From Eledone cirrhosa (taxonomy: Eukaryota), in NCBI GenBank assembly GCA_964016885.1, contig OZ024743.1, positions 173,848,001 to 173,912,000 on the forward strand: 64,000 nt of DNA. The letters are read 5' to 3'. This document shows positions 24,701-40,368 of this stretch, one piece after another. Position 1 is the first letter of the stretch. Each line of letters opens with the position of its first letter. The notes beneath the pieces were generated by a model that was not told the origin of the DNA, did not search any database, and saw only the letters and a list, made by a program, of their open reading frames with translations. The translations under genes were made by a program, and so were the position numbers.

Positions 24701-27700
24701 GTTGTCCTCCTCCAATACTACAGACACACACTCAGGGCTAGGGTATGAACCCTCTCTTAGGTGTCCTCCTCCAATACTAGACACACACTCAGGGCTAGGG
24801 TATGTACCCTCTCTTAGTTGTCATCCTCCAATACTAGACACACATCAGGGGTAGGGTATGTACCCTCTCTTAGTTGTCTTCCTCCAATACTACAGACACA
24901 CACTCAGGGCTAGGGTATGTACCCTCTCCTAGATGTCCTCCTCCAATACTACAGACACATACTCAGGGCTAGGGTATGAACCCTCTCTTAGTTGTCCTCC
25001 TCCAATACTACAGACACACACTCAGGGCTAGGGTATGTACCCTCTCCCAGTTGTTCTCCTCCAATACTACAGACACACACTCAGGGCTAGGGTATGAACC
25101 CTCTCTTAGTTGTCCTCCTCCAATACTACAGACACACACTCAGGGCTAGGGTATGAACCCTCTCCTAGTTGTCCTCCTCCAATACTACAGACACACACTC
25201 AGGGCTAGGGTATGAACCCTCTCTTAGTTGTCCTCCTCCAATACTACAGACACACACTCAGGGCTAGGGTATGAACCCTCTCCTAGTTGTCCTCCTCCAA
25301 TACTACAGACACACACTCAGGGCTAGGGTATGAACCCTCTCTTAGTTGTCCTCCTCCAATACTACAGACACACACTCAGGGCTAGGGTATGAACCCTCTC
25401 CTAGTTGTCCTCCTCCAATACTACAGACACACACTCAGGGCTAGGGTATGAACCCTCTCTTAGTTGTCCTCCTCCAATACTACAGACACACACTCAGGGC
25501 TAGGGTATTAACCCTCTCTTAGTTGTCCTCCTCCAATACTACAGACACACACTCAGGGCTAGGGTATGAACCCTCTCTTAGTTGTCCTCCTCCAATACTA
25601 CAGACACACACTCAGGGCTAGGGTATTAACCCTCTCTTAGTTGTCCTCCTCCAATACTACAGACACACACTCAGGGCTAGGGTATGAACCCGCTCTTAGT
25701 TGTCCTCCTCCAATACTACAGACACACACTCAGGGCTAGGGTATTAACCCTCTCTTAGTTGTCCTCCTCCAATACTACAGACACACACTCAGGGCTAGGG
25801 TATGAACGCACTCCCAGTTGTCCTCCTCCAATACTACAGACACACACTCAGGGCTAGGGTATGAACCCTCTCCCAGTTGTCCTCCTCCAATACTACAGAC
25901 ACACACTCAGGGCTAGGGTATGTACCCTCTCTTAGTTGTCGTCTTCCAATACTACAGACACACACTCAGGGCTAGGGTATTAACCCTCTCTTAGTTGTCC
26001 TCCTCCAATACTACAGACACACACTCAGGGCTAGGGTATGAACCCTCTCTTAGTTGTCCTCCTCCAATACTACAGACACACACTCAGGGCTAGGGTATGA
26101 ACCCTCTCTTAGTTGTCCTCCTCCAATACTACAGACACACACTCAGGGCTAGGGTATTAACCCTCTCTTAGTTGTCCTCCTCCAATACTACAGACACACA
26201 CTCAGGGCCAAGGTATTAACCCTCTCTTAGTTGTCCTCCTCCAATACTAGACACACACTCAGGGCTAGGGTATGAACCCTCTCTTAGTTGTCGTCCTCCA
26301 ATACTAGACACACACTCAGGGCTAGGGTATGAACCCTCTCTTAGGTGTCCTCCTCCAATACTACAGACACACACTCAGGGCTAGGGTATGAACCCTCTTT
26401 TAGTTGTCCTCCTCCAATACTACAGACACACACTCAGGGCTAGGGTATGAACCCTCTATTAGTTGTCCTTCTCCAATACTACAGACACACACTCAGGGCT
26501 AGAGTATTAACCCTCTCTTAGTTGTCCTCCTCCAATACTACAGACACACACTCAGGGCTAGGGTAGGAACCCTCTCTTAGTTGTCCTCCTCCAATACTAC
26601 AGACACACACTCAGGGCTAGGGTATGAACCCTCTCTTAGTTGTCCTCCTCCAATACTACAGACACACACTCAGGGCTAGGGTATTAACCCTCTCTTAGTT
26701 GTCCTCCTCCAATACTACAGACACACACTCAGGGCTAGGGTATTAACCCTCTCTTAGTTGTCCTCCTCCAATACTAGACACACACTCAGGGCTAGGGTAT
26801 GAACCCTCTTTTAGTTGTCCTCCTCCAATACTACAGACACACACTCAGGGCTAGGGTATGAACCCTCTCTTAGTTGTCCTCCTCCAATACTACAGACACA
26901 CACTCAGGGCTAGGGTATTAACCCTCTCTTAGTTGTCCTCCTCCAATACTAGACACACACTCAGGGCTAGGGTATGAACCCTCTTTTAGTTGTCCTCCTC
27001 CAATACTACAGACACACACTCAGGGCTAGGGTATGAACCCTCTCTTAGTTGCCCTCCTCCAATACTACAGACACACACTCAGGGCTAGGGTATTAACCCT
27101 CTCTTAGTTGTCCTCCTCCAATACTACAGACACACACTCAGGGCTAGGGTATGAACCCTCTCTTAGTTGTCCTCCTCCAATACTACAGACACACACTCAG
27201 GGCTAGGGTATGAACCCTCTCTTAGTTGTCCTCCTCCAATACTACAGACACACACTCAGGGCTAGGGTATTAACCCTCTCTTAGTTGTCCTCCTCCAATA
27301 CTACAGACACACACTCAGGGCTAGGGTATTAACCCTCTCTTAGTTGTCCTCCTCCAATACTAGACACACACTCAGGGCTAGGGTATGAACCCTCTTTTAG
27401 TTGTCCTCCTCCAATACTACAGACACACACTCAGGGCTAGGGTATGAACCCTCTCTTAGTTGTCCTCCTCCAATACTACAGACACACACTCAGGGCTAGG
27501 GTATGAACCCTCTCTTAGTTGTCGTCCTCCAATACTAGACACACACTCAGGGCTAGGGTATGAACCCTCTCTTAGTTGTCCTCCTCCAATACTACAGACA
27601 CACACTCAGGGCTAGGGGATGAACCCTCTCTTAGGTGTCCTCCTCCAATACTACAGACACACACTCAGGGCTAGGGTATGAACCCTCTTTTAGTTGTCCT

Positions 27701-30000
27701 CCTCCAATACTACAGACACACACTCAGGGCTAGGGTATGAACCCTCTATTAGTTGTCCTTCTCCAATACTACAGACACACACTCAGGGCTAGAGTATTAA
27801 CCCTCTCTTAGTTGTCCTCCTCCAATACTACAGACACACACTCAGGGCTAGGGTATGAACCCTCTCTTAGTTGTCCTCCTCCAATACTACAGACACACAC
27901 TCAGGGCTAGGGTATGAACCCTCTCTTAGTTGTCTCCTCCAATACTACAGACACACACTCAGCGCTAGGGTATTAACCCTCTCTTAGTTGTCCTCCTCCA
28001 ATACTACAGACACACACTCAGGGCTAGGGTATGAACCCTCTCTTAGTCGTCCTCCTCCAATACTACAGACACACACTCAGGGCTAGGGTATGAACCCTCT
28101 TTTAGTTGTCCTCCTCCAATACTACAGACACACACTCAGGGCTAGGGTATTAACCCTCTCTTAGTTGTCCTCTTCCAATACTAGACACACACTCAGGGCT
28201 AGGGTATGAACCCTCTTTTAGTTGTCCTGCTCCAATACTACAGACACACACTCAGGGCTAGGGTATGAACCCTCTCTTAGTTGCCCTCCTCCAATACTAC
28301 AGGCACACACTCAGGGCTAGGGTATTAACCCTCTCTTAGTTGTCCTCCTCCAATACTACAGACACACACTCAGGGCTAGGGTATGAACTCTCTCTTAGTT
28401 GTCCTCCTCCAATACTACAGACACACACTCAGGGCTAGGGTATGAACCCTCTCTTAGTTGTCCTCCTCCAATACTACAGACACACACTCAGGGCTAGGGT
28501 ATTAACCCTCTCTTAGTTGTCCTCCTCCAATACTACAGACACACACTCAGGGCTAGGGTATTAACCCTCTCTTAGTTGTCCTCCTCCAATACTAGACACA
28601 CACTCAGGGCTAGGGTATGAACCCTCTTTTTGTTGTCCTCCTCCAATACTACAGACACACACTCAGGGCTAGGGTATGAACACTCTCTTAGTTGTCCTCC
28701 TCCAATACTACAGACACACACTCAGGGCTAGGGTATGAACCCTCTCTTAGTTGTCGTCCTCCAATACTAGACACACACTCAGGGCTAGGGTATGAACCCT
28801 CTCTTAGTTGTCCTCCTCCAATACTACAGACACACACTCAGGGCTAGGGTATGAACCCTCTCTTAGGTGTCCTCCTCCAATACTACAGACACACACTCAG
28901 TGCTAGGGTATGAACCCTCTCTTAGTTGTCCTCCTCCAATACTACAGACACACACTCAGGGCTAGGGTATGAACCCTCTCTTAGGTGTCCTCCTCCAATA
29001 CTAGACACACACTCAGGGCTAGGGTATGTACCCTCTCTTAGTTGTCATCCTCCAATACTAGACACACATCAGGGGTAGGGTATGTACCCTCTCTTAGTTG
29101 TCTTCCTTCAATACTACAGACACACACTCAGGGCTAGGGTATGTACCCTCTCCTAGATGTCCTCCTCCAATACTACAGACACATACTCAGGGCTAGGGTA
29201 TGAACCCTCTCTTAGTTGTCCTCCTCCAATACTACAGACACACACTCAGGGCTAGGGTATGTACCCTCTCCCAGTTGTTCTCCTCCAATACTACAGACAC
29301 ACACTCAGGGCTAGGGTATGAACCCTCTCTTAGTTGTCCTCCTCCAATACTACAGACACACACTCAGGGCTAGGGTATGAACCCTCTCCTAGTTGTCCTC
29401 CTCCAATACTACAGACACACACTCAGGGCTAGGGTATGAACCCTCTCTTAGTTGTCCTCCTCCAATACTACAGACACACACTCAGGGCTAGGGTATGAAC
29501 CCTCTCCTAGTTGTCCTCCTCCAATACTACAGACACACACTCAGGGCTAGGGTATGAACCCTCTCTTAGTTGTCCTCCTCCAATACTACAGACACACACT
29601 CAGGGCTAGGGTATGAACCCTCTCCTAGTTGTCCTCCTCCAATACTACAGACACACACTCAGGGCTAGGGTATGAACCCTCTCTTAGTTGTCCTCCTCCA
29701 ATACTACAGACACACACTCAGGGCTAGGGTATTAACCCTCTCTTAGTTGTCCTCCTCCAATACTACAGACACACACTCAGGGCTAGGGTATGAACCCTCT
29801 CTTAGTTGTCCTCCTCCAATACTACAGACACACACTCAGGGCTAGGGTATTAACCCTCTCTTAGTTGTCCTCCTCCAATACTACAGACACACACTCAGGG
29901 CTAGGGTATGAACCCTCTCTTAGTTGTCCTCCTCCAATACTACAGACACACACTCAGGGCTAGGGTATTAACCCTCTCTTAGTTGTCCTCCTCCAATACT
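21730..30000. repeat. Near-tandem duplication of about 4.22 kb (about 72 monomers)
   Basis: ctaggggatg at 23385/27612, cagcgcta at 23734/27960, atcaggggta at 24844/29068 and acacatact at 24955/29179. End points are approximate. Confidence 0.85.
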
Positions 30001-33000
30001 ACAGACACACACTCAGGGCTAGGGTATGAACCCTCTCTTAGTTGTCCTCCTCCAATACTACAGACACACACTCAGGGCTAGGGTATGAACCCTCTTTTAG
30101 TTGTCCTCCTCCAATACTACAGACACACACTCAGGGCTAGGGTATGAACCCTCTATTAGTTGTCTTTCTCCAATACTACAGACACACACTCAGGGCTAGA
30201 GTATTAACCCTCTCTTAGTTGTCCTCCTCCAATACTACAGACACACACTCAGGGCTAGGGTATGAACCCTCTCTTAGTTGTCCTCCTCCAATACTACAGA
30301 CACACACTCAGGGCTAGGGTATGAACCCTCTCTTAGTTGTCCTCCTCCAATACTACAGACACACACTCAGGGCTAGGGTATTCACCCTCTCTTAGTTGTC
30401 CTCCTCCAATACTACAGACAGACACTCAGGGCTAGGGTATTAACCCTCTCTTAGTTGTCCTCCTCCAATACTAGACACACACTCAGGGCTAGGGTATGAA
30501 CCCTCTTGTAGTTGTCCTCCTCCAATACTACAGACACACACTCAGGGCTAGGGTATGAACCCTCTCTTAGTTGTCCTCCTCCAATACTACAGACACACAC
30601 TCAGGGCTAGGGTATTAACCCTCTCTTAGTTGTCCTCCTCCAATACTACAGACACACACTCAGGGCTAGGGTATGAACCCTCTCTTAGTTGTCCTCCTCC
30701 AATACTACAGACACACACTCAGGGCTAGGGTATGAACCCTCTCTTAGTTGTCCTCCTCCAATACTACAGACACACACTCAGGGCTAGGGTATTAACCCTC
30801 TCTTAGTTGTCCTCCTCCAATACTACAGACACACACTCAGGGCTAAGGTATTAACCCTCTCTTAGTTGCCCTCCTCCAATACTAGACACACACTCAGGGC
30901 TAGGGTATGAACCCTCTCTTAGTTGTCCTCCTCCAATACTACAGACACACACTCAGGGCTAGGGTATGAACCCTCTCTTAGTTGTCCTCCTCCAATACTA
31001 CAGACACACACTCAGGGCTAGGGTATTAACCCTCTCTTAGTTGTCCTCCTCCAATACTACAGACACACACTCAGGGCTAGGGTATGAACCCTCTCTTAGT
31101 TGTCCTCCTCCAATACTACAGACACACACTCAGGGCTAGGGTATGAACCCTCTCTTAGGTGTCCTCCTCCAATACTACAGACACACACTCAGAGCTAGGG
31201 TATGAACCCTCTCTTAGTTGTCCTCCTCCAATACTACAGACACACACTCAGGGCTAGGGTATTAACCCTCTCTTAGTTGTCCTCCTCCAATACTACAGAC
31301 ACACACTCAGGGCTAGGGTATGAACCCTCTCCTAGTTGTCCTCCTCCAATACTAGACACACACTCAGGGCTAGGGTATGAACCCTCTCTTAGTTGTCCTC
31401 CTCCAATACTACAGACACACACTCAGGGCTAGGGTATGAACCCTCTCTTAGTTGTCCTCCTCCAATACTACAGACACACACTCAGGGCTAGGGTATTAAC
31501 CCTCTCTTAGTTGTCCTCCTCCAATACTACAGACACACACTCAGGGCTAGGGTATTAACCCTCTCTTAGTTGTCCTCCTCCAATACTAGACACACACTCA
31601 GGGATAGGGTATGAACCCTCTTTTAGTTGTCCTCCTCCAATACTACAGACACACACTCAGAGCTAGGGTATGAACCCTCTCTTAGTTGTCCTCCTCCAAT
31701 ACTACAGACACACACTCAGGGCTAGGGTATGAACCCTCTCTTAGGTGTCCTCCTCCAATACTAGACACACACTCAGGGCTAGGGTATGTACCCTCTCTTA
31801 GTTGTCATCCTCCAATACTAGACACACACTCAGGGCTAGGGTATGTACCCTCTCTTAGTTGTCTTCCTCCAATACTACAGACACACACTCAGGGCTAGGG
31901 TATGTACCCTCTCCTAGATGTCCTCCTCCAATACTACAGACACACACTCAGGGCTAGGGTATGAACCCTCTCTTAGTTGTCCTCCTCCAATACTACAGAC
32001 ACACACTCAGGGCTAGGGTATGAACCCTCTATTACTTGTCCTCCTCCAATACTACAGACACACACTCAGGGCTAGGGTATGGACCCTCTCCCAGTTGTTC
32101 TCCTCCAATACTACAGACACACACTCAGGGCTAGGGTATGAACCCTCTCTTAGTTGTCCTCCTCCAATACTACAGACACACACTCAGGGCTAGGGTATGA
32201 ACCCTCTCCTAGTTGTCCTCCTCCAATACTACAGACTCACACTCAGGGCTAGGGTATGAACCCTCTCTTAGTTGTCCTCCTCCAATACTACAGACACACA
32301 CTCAGGGCTAGGGTATGAACCCTCTCTTAGTTGTCCTCCTCCAATACTACAGACACACACTCAGGGCTAGGGTATGAACCCTCTCCTAGTTGTCCTCCTC
32401 CAATACTACAGACACACACTCAGGGCTAGGGTATGAACCCTCTCTTAGTTGTCCTCCTCCAATACTACAGACACACACTCAGGGCTAGGGTATTAACCCT
32501 CTCTTTGTTGTCCTCCTCCAATACTACAGACACACACTCAGGGCTAGGGTATGAACCCTCTCTTAGTTGTCCTCCTCCAATACTACAGACACACACTCAG
32601 GGCTAGGGTATTAACCCTCTCTTAGTTGTCCTCCTCCAATACTACAGACACACACTCAGGGCTAGGGTATGAACCCTCTCTTAGTTGTCCTCCTCCAATA
32701 CTACAGACACACACTCAGGGCTAGGGTATTAACCCTCTCTTAGTTGTCCTCCTCCAATACTACAGACACACACTCAGGGCTAGGGTATGAACCTCTTTTA
32801 GTTGTCCTCCTCCAATACTACAGACACACACTCAGGGCTAGGGTATTAACCCTCTCTTAGTTGTCCTCCTCCAATACTACAGACACACACTCAGGGCTAG
32901 GGTATTAACCCTCTCTTAGTTGTTTTCCTCCAATACTACAGACACACACTCAGGGCTAGGGTATGAACCCTCTTTTAGTTGTCCTCCTCCAATACTACAG

Positions 33001-36000
33001 ACACACACTCAGGGCTAGGGTATTAACCCTCTCTTAGTTGTCGTCCTCCAATACTACAGACACACACTCAGGGCTAGGGTATGAACCCTCTATTAGTTGT
33101 CCTTCTCCAATACTACAGACACACACTCAGGGCTAGAGTATTAACCCTCTCTTAGTTGTCCTCCTCCAATACTACAGACACACACTCAGGGCTAGGGTAT
33201 GAACCCTCTATTAGTTGTCCTTCTCCAATACTACAGACACACACTCAGGGCTAGAGTATTAACCCTCTCTTAGTTGTCCTCCTCCAATACTACAGACACA
33301 CACTCAGGGCTAGGGTATGAACCCTCTCTTAGTTGTCCTCCTCCAATACTACAGACACACACTCAGAGCTAGGGTATGAACCCTCTCTTAGTTGTCCTCC
33401 TCCAATACTACAGACACACACTCAGGGCTAGGGTATTAACCCTCTCTTAGTTGTCCTCCTCCAATACTACAGACACACACTCAGGGCTAGGGTATTAACC
33501 CTCTCTTAGTTGTCCTCCTCCAATACTAGACACACACTCAGGGCTAGGGTATGAACCCTCTTTTAGTTGTCCTCCTCCAATACTACAGACACACACTCAG
33601 GGCTAGGGTATGAACCCTCTCTTAGTTGTCCTCCTCCAATACTACAGACACACACTCAGGGCTAGGGTATTAACCCTCTCTTAGTTGTCCTCCTCCAATA
33701 CTACAGACACACACTCAGGGCTAGGGTATGAACCCTCTCTTAGTCGTCCTCCTCCAATACTACAGACACACACTCAGGGCTAGGGTATGAACCCTCTCTT
33801 AGTTGTCCTCCTCCAATATTACAGACACACACTCAGGGCTAGGGTATGAACCCTCTTTTAGTTGTCCTCCTCCAATACTACAGACACACACTCAGGGCTA
33901 GGGTATTAACCCTCTCTTAGTTGTCCTCCTCCAATACTAGACACACACTCAGGGCTAGGGTATGAACCCTCTTTTAGTTGTCCTCCTCCCATACTACAGA
34001 CACACACTCAGGGCTAGGGTATGAACCCTCTCTTAGTTGCCCTCCTCCAATACTACAGACACACACTCAGGGCTAGGGTATTAACCCTCTCTTAGTTGTC
34101 CTCCTCCAATACTACAGACACACACTCAGGGCTAGGGTATGAACCCTCTCTTAGTTGTCCTCCTCCAATACTACAGACACACACTCAGGGCTAGGGTATG
34201 AACCCTCTCTTAGTTGTCCTCCTCCAATACTACAGACACACACTCAGGGCTAGGGTATTAACCCTCTCTTAGTTGTCCTCCTCCAATACTACAGACACAC
34301 ACTCAGGGCTAGGGTATTATCCCTCTCTTAGTTGTCCTCCTCCAATACTAGACACACACTCAGGGCTAGGGTATGAACCCTCTTTTAGTTGTCCTCCTCC
34401 AATACTACAGACACACACTCAGGGCTAGGGTATGAACCCTCTCTTAGTTGTCCTCCTCCAATACTACAGACACACACTCAGGGCTAGGGTATGAACCCTC
34501 TCTTAGTTGTCGTCCTCCAATACTAGACACACACTCAGGGCTAGGGTATGAACCCTCTCTTAGTTGTCCTCCTCCAATACTACAGACACACACTCAGGGC
34601 TAGGGTATGAACCCTCTCTTAGGTGTCCTCCTCCAATACTACAGACACACACTCAGGGCTAGGGTATGAACCCTCTCTTAGTTGTCCTTCTCCAATACTA
34701 CAGACACACACTCAGGGCTAGAGTATTAACCCTCTCTTAGTTGTCCTCCTCCAATACTACAGACACACACTCAGGGCTAGGGTATGAACCCTCTTTTAGT
34801 TGTCCTCCTCCAATACTACAGACACACACTCAGGGCTAGGGTATGAACCCTCTATTAGTTGTCCTTCTCCAATACTACAGACACACACTCAGGGCTAGAG
34901 TATTAACCCTCTCTTAGTTGTCCTCCTCCAATACTACAGACACACACTCAGGGCTAGGGTATGAACCCTCTCTTAGTTGTCCTCCTCCAATACTACAGAC
35001 ACACACTCAGGGCTAGGGTATGAACCCTCTCTTAGTTGTCCTCCTCCAATACTACAGACACACACTCAGGGCTAGGGTATTAACCCTCTCTTAGTTGTCC
35101 TCCTCCAATACTACAGACACACACTCAGGGCTAGGGTATTAACCCTCTCTTAGTTGTCCTCCTTCAATACTAGACACACACTCAGGGCTAGGGTATGAAC
35201 CCTCTTTTAGTTGTCCTCCTCCAATACTACAGACACACACTCAGGGCTAGGGTATGAACCCTCTCTTAGTTGTCCTCCTCCAATACTACAGACACACACT
35301 CAGCGCTAGGGTATTAACCCTCTCTTAGTTGTCCTCCGCCAATACTACAGACACACACTCAGGGCTAGGGTATGAACCCTCTCTTAGTCGTCCTCCTCCA
35401 ATACTACAGACACACACTCAGGGCTAGGGTATGAACCCTCTTTTAGTTGTCCTCCTCCAATACTACAGACACACACTCAGGGCTAGGGTATTAACCCTCT
35501 CTTAGTTGTCCTCCTCCAATACTAGACACACACTCAGGGCTAGGGTATGAACCCTCTTTTAGTTGTCCTGCTCCAATACTACAGACACACACTCAGGGCT
35601 AGGGTATGAACCCTCTCTTAGTTGCCCTCCTCCAATACTACAGACACACACTCAGGGCTAGGGTATTAACCCTCTCTTAGTTGTCCTCCTCCAATACTAC
35701 AGACACACACTCAGGGCTAGCGTATGAACCCTCTCTTAGTTGTCCTCCTCCAATACTACAGACACACACTCAGGGCTAGGGTATGAACCCTCTCTTAGTT
35801 GTCCTCCTCCAATACTACAGACACACACTCAGGGCTAGGGTATTAACCCTCTCTTAGTTGTCCTCCTCCAATACTACAGACACACACTCAGGGCTAGGGT
35901 ATTAACCCTCTCTTAGTTGTCCTCCTCCAATACTAGACACACACTCAGGGCTAGGGTATGAACCCTCTTTTAGTTGTCCTCCTCCAATACTACAGACACA

Positions 36001-39000
36001 CACTCAGGGCTAGGGTATGAACACTCTCTTAGTTGTCTTCCTCCACTACAGACACACACTCAGGGCTAGGGTATGAACCCTCTCTTAGTTGTCCTCCTCC
36101 AATACTAGACACACACTCAGGGCTAGGGTATGAACCCTCTCTTAGTTGTCCTCCTCCAATACTACAGACACACACTCAGGGCTAGGGTATGAACCCTCTC
36201 TTAGTTGTCCTCCTCCAATACTACAGACACACACTCAGAGGCTAGGGTATGAACCCTCTCTTAGTTGTCCTCCTCCAATACTACAGACACACACTCAGGG
36301 CTAGGGTATGAACCCTCTCTTAGGTGTCCTCCTCCAATACTACAGACACACACTCAGGGCTAGGGTATGAACCCTCTCTTAGTTGTCCTCCTCCAATACT
36401 ACAGACACACACTCAGGGCTAGGGTATGTACCCTCTCTTAGTTGTCCTCCTCCAATACTACAGACACACACTCAGGGCTAGGGTATGTACCCTCTCCTAG
36501 TTGTCCTCCTCCAATACTACAGACACACACTCAGGGCTAGGGTATGAACCCTCTCTTAGTTGTCCTCCTCCAATACTACAGACACACACTCAGGGCTAGG
36601 GTATGAACCCTCTCTTAGTTGTCCTCCTCCAATACTACAGACACACACTCAGGGCTAGGGTATGAACCCTCTCCTAGTTGTCCTCCTCCAATACTACAGA
36701 CACACACTCAGGGCTAGGGTATGAACCCTCTCTTAGTTGTCCTCCTCCAATACTACAGACACACACTCAGGGCTAGGGTATGAACCCTCTCCTAGTTGTC
36801 CTCCTCCAATACTACAGACACACACTCAGGGCTAGGGTATGAACCCTCTCTTAGTTGTCCTCCTCCAATACTACAGACACACACTCAGGGCTAGGGTATG
36901 AACCCTCTCCTAGTTGTCCTCCTCCAATACTACAGACACACACTCAGGGCTAGGGTATGAACCCTCTCTTAGTTGTCCTCCTCCAATACTACAGACACAC
37001 ACTCAGGGCTAGGGTATGAACCCTCTCTTAGTTGTCCTCCTCCAATACTACAGACACACACTCAGGGCTAGGGTATGAACCCTCTCTTAGTTGTCCTCCT
37101 CCAATACTACAGACACACACTCAGGGCTAGGGTATGAACCCTCTCTTAGTTGTCCTCCTCCAATACTACAGACACACACTCAGGGCTAGGGTATGAACCC
37201 TCTCTTAGTTGTCCTCCTCCAATACTACAGACACACACTCAGGGCTAGGGTATGAACCCTCTCCTAGTTGTCCTCCTCCAATACTACAGACACACACTCA
37301 GGGCTAGGGTATGAACCCTCTCTTAGTTGTCCTCCTCCAATACTACAGACACACACTCAGGGCTAGGGTATGAACCCTCTCTTAGTTGTCCTCCTCCAAT
37401 ACTACAGACACACACTCAGGGCTAGGGTATGAACCCTCTCTTAGTTGTCCTCCTCCAATACTACAGACACACACTCAGGGCTAGGGTATGAACCCTCTCT
37501 TAGTTGTCCTCCTCCAATACTACAGACACACACTCAGGGCTAGGGTATGAACCCTCTCTTAGTTGTCCTCCTCCAATACTACAGACACACACTCAGGGCT
37601 AGGGTATTAACCCTCTCTTAGTTGTCCTCCTCCAATACTACAGACACACACTCAGGGCTAGGGTATGAACCCTCTCTTAGTTGTCCTCCTCCAATACTAC
37701 AGACACACACTCAGGGCTAGGGTATTAACCCTCTCTTAGTTGTCCTCCTCCAATACTACAGACACACACTCAGGGCTAGGGTATTAACCCTCTCTTAGTT
37801 GTCCTCCTCCAATACTACAGACACACACTCAGGGCTAGGGTATGAACCCTCTTTTAGTTGTCCTCCTCCAATACTACAGACACACACTCAGGGCTAGGGT
37901 ATGAACCCTCTATTAGTTGTCCTCTCCAATACTACAGACACACACTCAGGGCTAGGGTATTAACCCTCTCTTAGTTGTCCTCCTCCAATACTACAGACAC
38001 ACACTCAGGGCTAGGGTATGAACCCTCTCTTAGTTGTCCTCCTCCAATACTACAGACACACACTCAGGGCTAGGGTATGAACCCTCTCTTAGTTGTCCTC
38101 CTCCAATACTACAGACACACACTCAGGGCTAGGGTATGAACCCTCTCTTAGTTGTCCTCCTCCAATACTACAGACACACACTCAGGGCTAGGGTATTAAC
38201 CCTCTCTTAGTTGTCCTCCTCCAATACTACAGACACACACTCAGGGCTAGGGTATGAACCCTCTCTTAGTTGTCCTCCTCCAATACTACAGACACACACT
38301 CAGGGCTAGGGTATGAACCCTCTCTTAGTTGTCCTCCTCCAATACTACAGACACACACTCAGGGCTAGGGTATGAACCCTCTCTTAGTTGTCCTCCTCCA
38401 ATACTACAGACACACACTCAGGGCTAGGGTATTAACCCTCTCTTAGTTGTCCTCCTCCAATACTAAGACACACACTCAGGGCTAGGGTATGAACCCTCTC
38501 TTAGTTGTCCTCCTCCAATACTACAGACACACACTCAGGGCTAGGGTATGAACCCTCTCTTAGTTGTCCTCCTCCAATACTACAGACACACACTCAGGGC
38601 TAGGGTATGAACCCTCTCTTAGTTGTCCTCCTCCAATACTACAGACACACACTCAGGGCTAGGGTATGAACCCTCTCTTAGTTGTCCTCCTCCAATACTA
38701 CAGACACACACTCAGGGCTAGGGTATGAACCCTCTCTTAGTTGTCCTCCTCCAATACTACAGACACACACTCAGGGCTAGGGTATGAACCCTCTCTTAGT
38801 TGTCCTCCTCCAATACTACAGACACACACTCAGGGCTAGGGTATTAACCCTCTCTTAGTTGTCCTCCTCCAATACTACAGACACACACTCAGGGCTAGGG
38901 TATGAACCCTCTCTTAGTTGTCCTCCTCCAATACTACAGACACACACTCAGGGCTAGGGTATGAACCCTCTCTTAGTTGTCCTCCTCCAATACTACAGAC

Positions 39001-40368
39001 ACACACTCAGGGCTAGGGTATGAACCCTCTCTTAGTTGTCCTCCTCCAATACTACAGACACACACTCAGGGCTAGGGTATGAACCCTCTCTTAGTTGTCC
39101 TCCTCCAATACTACAGACACACACTCAGGGCTAGGGTATGAACCCTCTCTTAGTTGTCCTCCTCCAATACTACAGACACACACTCAGGGCTAGGGTATGA
39201 ACCCTCTCTTAGTTGTCCTCCTCCAATACTACAGACACACACTCAGGGCTAGGGTATTAACCCTCTCTTAGTTGTCCTCCTCCAATACTACAGACACACA
39301 CTCAGGGCTAGGGTATGAACCCTCTCTTAGTTGTCCTCCTCCAATACTACAGACACACACTCAGGGCTAGGGTATGAACCCTCTCTTAGTTGTCCTCCTC
39401 CAATACTACAGACACACACTCAGGGCTAGGGTATGAACCCTCTCTTAGTTGTCCTCCTCCAATACTACAGACACACACTCAGGGCTAGGGTATGAACCCT
39501 CTCTTAGTTGTCCTCCTCCAATACTACAGACACACACTCAGGGCTAGGGTATGAACCCTCTCTTAGTTGTCCTCCTCCAATACTACAGACACACACTCAG
39601 GGCTAGGGTATTAACCCTCTCTTAGTTGTCCTCCTCCAATACTACAGACACACACTCAGGGCTAGGGTATTAACCCTCTCTTAGTTGTCCTCCTCCAATA
39701 CTACAGACACACACTCAGGGCTAGGGTATGAACCCTCTCTTAGTTGTCCTCCTCCAATACTACAGACACACACTCAGGGCTAGGGTATGAACCCTCTCTT
39801 AGTTGTCCTCCTCCAATACTACAGACACACACTCAGGGCTAGGGTATTAACCCTCTCTTAGTTGTCCTCCTCCAATACTACAGACACACACTCAGGGCTA
39901 GGGTATTAACCCTCTCTTAGTTGTCCTCCTCCAATACTACAGACACACACTCAGGGCTAGGGTATGAACCCTCTCTTAGTTGTCCTCCTCCAATACTACA
40001 GACACACACTCAGGGCTAGGGTATGAACCCTCTCTTAGTTGTCCTCCTCCAATACTACAGACACACACTCAGGGCTAGGGTATGAACCCTCTCTTAGTTG
40101 TCCTCCTCCAATACTACAGACACACACTCAGGGCTAGGTATGAACCCCTCTCTTAGTTGTCCTCCTCCAATACTACAGACACACACTCAGGGCTAGGGTA
40201 TGAACCCTCTCTTAGTTGTCCTCCTCCAATACTACAGACACACACTCAGGGCTAGGGTATGAACCCTCTCTTAGTTGTCCTCCTCCAATACTACAGACAC
40301 ACACTCAGGGCTAGGGTATGAACCCTCTCTTAGTTGTCCTCCTCCAATACTACAGACACACACTCAGG

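Larger units (their letters stand above)
1680..40368. repeat. 59-bp satellite tandem array, part left of the gap (about 655-660 monomers)
   Basis: Head-to-tail copies of GCTAGGGTATGAACCCTCTCTTAGTTGTCCTCCTCCAATACTACAGACACACACTCAGG, shifting by 1 base per 60-base line. Most copies have 0-3 differences. A common 57-bp variant has TACTAGA in place of TACTACAGA. Confidence 0.99.
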
